64,000 bases of DNA, taken from NCBI GenBank assembly GCA_963840855.1, contig CAWJBB010000007.1, positions 36,559 through 100,558 of the forward strand, in the 5' to 3' direction. Shown here one piece after another: positions 58,791 through 64,000 of this stretch (position 1 is the stretch's first letter; every line of letters starts with the position of its first letter). The position numbers were made by a program, and so were the translations under genes. The notes under the pieces were generated by a model. That model saw only the letters and a program-made list of their open reading frames with translations. It ran no database searches and had not been told where the DNA came from. This DNA comes from an uncultured delta proteobacterium (GTDB taxonomy: Bacteria; Desulfobacterota; Binatia; UBA9968).

Positions 58791-59242
58791 GCTGTCGCTT
58801 TCTTGGCTCCTAGGGGTAGTTGTACGACACCAAACCAGAGACTTTCAAGCGTCCGGATCAAATCTATGAAATCGTCAAAACCTGCAGGTTTTTGGATATA
58901 GCAATTGGCGTGGAGATCGTAGCTGTTGACAATATCGGTTGGGGCCACCGAGGTCGTCAGTACGAAAATCGGAATTATCTTTAACTCCGGATCGGCTTTT
59001 ACGTCCCGCAAGACTTCGCGGCCGTCTTTCTTTGGCATGTTCAGATCGAGAAGGACAAGGTCGGGCCGGGGGGCGTAGGCGTAAGGTCCTTCTTTGCGCA
59101 AGAAAGCGAGAGCCTCCTCGCCGTCGCGCGCAACGCTCACATGGTTGGGTAGTGCGGCGTCCTTAAATGCCTCTAGCGTCAGGCGGATGTCACCTGAGTT
59201 ATCTTCTACCAACAGGATTTCGATGGGAGGATTAGCGTCCAT
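58787..59242 (-). CDS. Single-domain response regulator (Rcp1-like)
   Basis: ILLVEDNSGD, PDLVLLDLNMP, LTTS, ANCYIQKP. Confidence 0.92.
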   Translation of the reverse strand: MDANPPIEILLVEDNSGDIRLTLEAFKDAALPNHVSVARDGEEALAFLRKEGPYAYAPRPDLVLLDLNMPKKDGREVLRDVKADPELKIIPIFVLTTSVAPTDIVNSYDLHANCYIQKPAGFDDFIDLIRTLESLWFGVVQLPLGAKKATA

Positions 59243-59967
59243 GATTTCGTCAATGCCGGACTTTTTTCAATTGTTGAAGACGGGCTCAAATGCGTTGTCA
59301 AATCCTTAAATCCCGCCGGCCCTCATTGCAAGTCTAACGGCACCAAGAGTTTGTCACTGTCGGGCGCAACAGCTCATCCGACGCCGCCCGAAAAGCGCGC
59401 GACTAAGGGTGGCTGGCGTGATTGCCACAGAGTTCAAGATCGACGGATTTTGTCCATTATTTAACCCCCGGCGGCCTAGAGTCAGGGAAAACTGACAAAC
59501 TCTGTGCGCTCAACGTCGTGAACAGCTCATTACGGCAGGGAAGAATAGAGCATCCATCAGAATCTTCCGGCGCTTTAGGGGGTTTGAACGGGCTCACGGG
59601 TGAGGACGTTCAGAAGATGGAGGCGTCATCAGTCGCCTCAGAAGACGCGGCGTGACGGCAGGCGCAATTTCTTCGCAATAGCTCAGCAAAAGTCCCGGAC
59701 AATTCCGCCGATAAGCAACTATTGAGGAAACTTTTAGCCAAAAAAATCCGCGGGTAGGAAAGTGTGTTGGCGCCAAAACAGGGCGTGGTTTGAGGCGATT
59801 ATTTTGTTAGTTCCCTTTCTGGTAACTAGCTTACCGAACCTCCTGAAGTCCTCAAGATCGGCCGTGATGGTAGTGGCTTGGCCGACATGGAAGCGTTGGA
59901 TATTCATTTTATGAAGCGCATTTCGGTGAAGACACCGCGTACGATGTGCGGTTGACGACAGAATCTA

Positions 59968-61989
59968 TTGAGGTTTGAGATGGTATCAAATGGTACCTTC
60001 GGAGACGGCGGTCCAATTCGCCGCGTCGCGACAAAAGCGCGCAATGCCGTTGTACACCTGATTTGTGAGCGCACCGTCCCCTTGCTGGCCGTGATGTTCT
60101 GTGTCGGGATTGCCGTGACGTTATGGCATCTTTCCCATCTGTCATCGAGTTTGGTGGAGTCGGGGGCGTTGCATGGAATTTCGCTCTATTCCCAGTCGCT
60201 TACAGAGCTGCGTGCGTTCTATAACTCCGAGGTCGTCGAGCGGGTCAGACCCCAAGGGGTCGTGGTCACCCACGACTACGCGACGAAAGATGGGGCCGTG
60301 CCGATCCCGGCGACTTTCACGATAGAGTTCGGCAAGCGCATCAGCGAGAAAAGCACCGGGATGCAGGTGCGCCTGTACAGCGACTTTCCCTTTGCCTTTA
60401 GAAAAGAGGGCGGCCCGAAAGACGACTTCGAGCGAGCGGCGCTGCGCGAGTTAAGAACTAGGCCTGATAAACCGTTTTTCCGCTTTGAAGATTTTCAGGG
60501 CCGGCCGGCTTTGCGCTATACAACCGCCGTTCGCTTAAATGCCGGTTGCATCCACTGCCACAATACTCACCCGGAAAGTCCCAAGACCGACTGGAAGGTT
60601 GGAGAAGTAAGGGGCGTGCAAGAGATTATCCAGCCCCTCCAGGGCATCTCCGCACAGACCCGGGCGGGTCTAAGAGCGACTTTCGCGCTGCTGTTGACTA
60701 TGGGACTTGGAGGACTCGGTGGTTTGGCGGTTGTGATCCGAAAAATGCGCCGAAACTCAGTGGAGTTGGAGAAACGCGTCGCCGAACGAGCCTCCGCCGA
60801 GGCGCGTCTGGCGGCCCTGCGCGACATTAACGTGGCCATTACCTCAACCTTGGATCGACATAGCGTGCTCAGCATCCTGATGGAAAAGATCGACGTCGTC
60901 CTGCCCAATCTTGCGGTTCAGGTGTGGCTGTTGAATAAGCAAAGCGGAGAACTGGAACGCGCGGCTTGCCGCAATCTCGACGCAGAGGACTGGAAGCGGA
61001 GAAAATTGAGAGACACTCCTGCCCTGGTTAAGGCGGCAATGACCGGTAAGTCGCCCGTAATAGTTCTCAACGTTCAAACCGATCCCCGCACGCTGGACCC
61101 TGCCTTCTACTGCAGGCAAGGATTGATTTCCTATCTTGGAGTGCCCTTGGTGATTAAAGAGGAGGTCTTGGGCGTCATCGTCTTTCTTACGAGGGAAGAG
61201 CACCATTTTATCAAGGAAGAGGTCGACTTTTTCTCCGCGCTGGCGAGTCAGGCAGCTTTAGCTATTCACAATTCCCAGATTTATGAGGGGGAGGCCCAAC
61301 TAGCTGCCAATCTGGCACGTTCCAACAAAGAGCTGGAGCAGTTCGCCTATGTGGCGTCCCATGACCTGCAGGAACCACTACGCATGATCACCGGCTATAC
61401 CAACCTTCTCTCCAAACGCTACAAAGGCAAGCTCGATGACGACGCCGATGAATTTATCGGCTACGCGGTGGACGGTGCCAATCGGCTGCGGGTGTTAATC
61501 AACGATCTATTGACCTACTCCCGCGTGGACACGCAGGGGAAAATATTCGCGCCGACGGACTGCGAGCTGATTCTGGGCCAGGCCCTGGTAGGCCTGCAGG
61601 GGGTGATCCAGGAGAGCGCGGCCAAAGTGACCCATGATCCGCTGCCGACGGTCATGGGCGACGACGTCCAACTGGGGCAGTTGTTCCAGAACTTGATCGG
61701 CAATGCGCTTAAGTACCGCAACGGCAACGCGCCGGCCGTCCATATCGGCTGCCAGCGCCGGGACAATGACTGGTTGCTTTCGATTCGTGATAACGGCATC
61801 GGCATCGATCCGCGCTTCGCGGAAAAGATTTTCGTAATATTCCAGCGGCTGCACAACCGCGAACAATATCCAGGCACGGGGATCGGTCTGGCGGTGTGCA
61901 AGCGCATCGTCGAACGCCACGGCGGCAAGATCTGGGTGGAGTCGGCACCGGGTAAGGGCTCGACGTTTTATTTCACCCTTTGCGCGTAA
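59968..61989 (+). CDS. Sensor kinase: DUF3365-like periplasmic c-type heme domain + GAF + Cph1-type kinase
   Basis: TM; CIHCH..WKVGEVRG; TM; GAF; ASHDLQEPLR; NLIGNALKY; DNGIG; GTGIGL; start uncertain. Confidence 0.92.
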   Translation: MRFEMVSNGTFGDGGPIRRVATKARNAVVHLICERTVPLLAVMFCVGIAVTLWHLSHLSSSLVESGALHGISLYSQSLTELRAFYNSEVVERVRPQGVVVTHDYATKDGAVPIPATFTIEFGKRISEKSTGMQVRLYSDFPFAFRKEGGPKDDFERAALRELRTRPDKPFFRFEDFQGRPALRYTTAVRLNAGCIHCHNTHPESPKTDWKVGEVRGVQEIIQPLQGISAQTRAGLRATFALLLTMGLGGLGGLAVVIRKMRRNSVELEKRVAERASAEARLAALRDINVAITSTLDRHSVLSILMEKIDVVLPNLAVQVWLLNKQSGELERAACRNLDAEDWKRRKLRDTPALVKAAMTGKSPVIVLNVQTDPRTLDPAFYCRQGLISYLGVPLVIKEEVLGVIVFLTREEHHFIKEEVDFFSALASQAALAIHNSQIYEGEAQLAANLARSNKELEQFAYVASHDLQEPLRMITGYTNLLSKRYKGKLDDDADEFIGYAVDGANRLRVLINDLLTYSRVDTQGKIFAPTDCELILGQALVGLQGVIQESAAKVTHDPLPTVMGDDVQLGQLFQNLIGNALKYRNGNAPAVHIGCQRRDNDWLLSIRDNGIGIDPRFAEKIFVIFQRLHNREQYPGTGIGLAVCKRIVERHGGKIWVESAPGKGSTFYFTLCA

Positions 61990-62002
61990 AACAGGTGTGA
62001 GA

Positions 62003-64000
62003 ATGAGACTTTTTTCACGACGACGCAAAACGATACAAGGCTCGCCTACTTTCGAACTGCTTCGGCATTTTTCTACCGCCAGCTTTGCCAGCATCTTGAT
62101 CGCGATGGTCGTCGTTGCCGCAATCTTGAGCGTATTTTACCGCAACATGGCGCTGCGCGATATGACCGCAATGGCGGAGCGTCAGAATGTAGCGCTTACC
62201 CGGGCTTTCGCGAATTCGTTGTGGCCACAGTTCAGGGCGTTCCTGGCTTCCGTAACCCATCTTACCGATGACGAGCTTAGAGCTCATGCCGATATCGCCA
62301 AACTCCACGCCGCGGTGGTCTCCCAGATGAACGGCGTTTCGGTGCTGAAAATTAAAGTTTATGACCTTCAGGGGCGAACCGTTTTTTCCACTGAAGCTAA
62401 ACAGATCGGGGAAAACAAAAGCAAGAATGCCGGCTTTCTTTTCGCCCGCTCGGGCGCCGTGGTGAGCGAGCTTACCCACCGGGATACTTTCAGTGCTTTC
62501 GAGGGTGTCATCGCCGACCGCGACCTTATTTCGAGTTATGTGCCAATTCGGCGTGCTCCGGCGGGAATTGCTATAGAAGCCGTCTTCGAGCTCTATCAAG
62601 ACGTTACTCCCATGCTAAAAAGCATTGAGGAGACGCAAAGGCTTCTTACTCTAGGCGTCATTGTGGTGTTGGGCTGTCTTTATCTCATGCTCATGTTTGT
62701 CGTGCGTCGCGCCGACAAGATCATTAAACGTCAGGCTAATGCGCGTCAGACCGCCGAGAACGATTTGGCAGCGCGCACCAAGGAACTGGAGCGCTCCTAT
62801 CGCGATACTCAGACTCTGCACGAAATTGGCTGCGCCATCCTACAAACGCCGGACGATGCAACTGCGTTACAAAGTATTCTTGCGCACTGCCTTGCAGCCC
62901 GCGGCTTCGACCTCGGCATTATTCGGCTCGTCGAGCCGGGTACGCAAATTTACCGCGTGGCCGCCCATCTAGGCTACCTGAATGCAGCGAATATCGAGCG
63001 GCATCATACCAGACTTTACGACGGCGCGACCGGCAGGTTGACCGCGCAAATGCTGACCTCTGAGGGTCCTGTCGTCGAGCACAATGTGCAAGAATGCGAG
63101 GGATTGCGCACCTTCAAGCATGAAGGGGTACGCTCTGCCGTGGCGGTGCCGGTCCGGAGCGACGATGCGATCCTGGGTGTGCTTCAGCTCGGTAGCCGCG
63201 CGCCGCGCGGCTTGGAATCAGAGGAGCTCAAATGGTTGGAAGCGGCGGGAAGCTTGATCGGTATCGCCGTGCAAAAATTCCAGCTCTTCGACGGTCTCAA
63301 GCGCGCCAAAGAAGACTTGAAGGAAAGCGTCGAGGAACTTGCGCGTTCAAACACTGAGCTGGAGCAATTCGCCTATGTGGCTTCCCACGATCTTCAGGAG
63401 CCGCTCAGAATGGTCACTGGTTATACGAGTTTGTTGGCGCGGCGCTATCGAGGCAAGCTGGACGAGGAGGCAGACGAATTCATCGGCTTCGCGGTGGACG
63501 GCGCCAAACGTATGCAGGCGATGATCAACGATCTTCTGGACTACTCGCGGATCGGCAGCCAGGGGAAAGAGTTCGCACCCACCGACTCCGAGCTGATTTT
63601 CGACAGAACGCTGGTGGGTTTGCAGGTGGCGGTCGAGGAAAGCGGCGCCAAGGTCACCCGCGACCCACTGCCGACAGTCACGGGCGATGGCATCCAGCTT
63701 GGGCGGCTGTTTCAGAACCTTATCGGCAACGCTATCAAGTACCGAAACGGCAATACTCCGGTGGTTCACGTCAGTTGCAGGCAGAGCGACCATGACTGGC
63801 TGTTTTCGATCAACGACAACGGCATCGGTATCGCTCCGCAACACCTAGAGCGGATCTTCCAAATCTTTCAGCGGCTGCACACGGACGACCAGTACCGAGG
63901 CACGGGCATCGGTCTAGCGAGTTGCAAGAAGATCGTCGAACGTCACGGCGGCAGGATCTGGGTGGAGTCGGAGCCGGGGAAGGGTTCGACGTTTTTTTTC
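62003..64000 (+). CDS. Second membrane sensor kinase (periplasmic domain + GAF + Cph1-type kinase), runs off the right edge; absent from the ORF track
   Basis: ATG 62003 MRLFSRRRK..; in frame with EQFAYVASHDLQEPLR (63362), NAIKY, DNGIG, GKGSTFFF at the window end. Confidence 0.9.
   Translation, partial: MRLFSRRRKTIQGSPTFELLRHFSTASFASILIAMVVVAAILSVFYRNMALRDMTAMAERQNVALTRAFANSLWPQFRAFLASVTHLTDDELRAHADIAKLHAAVVSQMNGVSVLKIKVYDLQGRTVFSTEAKQIGENKSKNAGFLFARSGAVVSELTHRDTFSAFEGVIADRDLISSYVPIRRAPAGIAIEAVFELYQDVTPMLKSIEETQRLLTLGVIVVLGCLYLMLMFVVRRADKIIKRQANARQTAENDLAARTKELERSYRDTQTLHEIGCAILQTPDDATALQSILAHCLAARGFDLGIIRLVEPGTQIYRVAAHLGYLNAANIERHHTRLYDGATGRLTAQMLTSEGPVVEHNVQECEGLRTFKHEGVRSAVAVPVRSDDAILGVLQLGSRAPRGLESEELKWLEAAGSLIGIAVQKFQLFDGLKRAKEDLKESVEELARSNTELEQFAYVASHDLQEPLRMVTGYTSLLARRYRGKLDEEADEFIGFAVDGAKRMQAMINDLLDYSRIGSQGKEFAPTDSELIFDRTLVGLQVAVEESGAKVTRDPLPTVTGDGIQLGRLFQNLIGNAIKYRNGNTPVVHVSCRQSDHDWLFSINDNGIGIAPQHLERIFQIFQRLHTDDQYRGTGIGLASCKKIVERHGGRIWVESEPGKGSTFFF

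Noticed and set aside
62015-63844. Short ORFs listed near the right edge
   Set aside because: Shadows of the long kinase frame 62003->64000

Overview
GC-rich bacterial chromosomal segment, probably a metagenome assembly. The gene content (amidohydrolase_2, NMT1-type binding protein, LVIVD proteins, Cph1/Rcp1-like signalling) suggests Ca. Binatia or a deltaproteobacterial relative; this is inference. Most of it is housekeeping and catabolic genes (Fpg/Nei, TrmJ, UvrD, RidA, SthA, polar amino-acid ABC transporter, GltA, MltD, GloB). Highlights: (1) a complete IS110/IS1111-type element (51351-52781) inserted at an AG core inside a REP. Its 3' non-coding region has two hairpin-containing loops matching the target site and the element's own circle junction, i.e. 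a readable bridge/seek RNA, and circularisation creates a TTGACA-17-TATGAT promoter. (2) A selenoprotein missed by the ORF track: GrdA with in-frame UGA (CxxU) and a SECIS-like hairpin, next to grdC but without the other grd genes. (3) A ~14 kb locus with four paralogous secreted ~565-aa M29/NicX-like proteins around a MacB-type ABC transporter and a secreted M20 hydrolase, followed by a bicupin and an atypical LigAB pair split by a GDT1 transporter. (4) Many 7- and 9-nt-period inverted repeat arrays and REPs, some nested. (5) A degenerate kinase plus a sigma54 activator with a Walker-B D-to-N change. There is also a frameshifted LVIVD gene and a poly-C junction (~16.1 kb) that is probably an assembly artefact truncating htpX. 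No rRNA, tRNA or CRISPR array was recognised.
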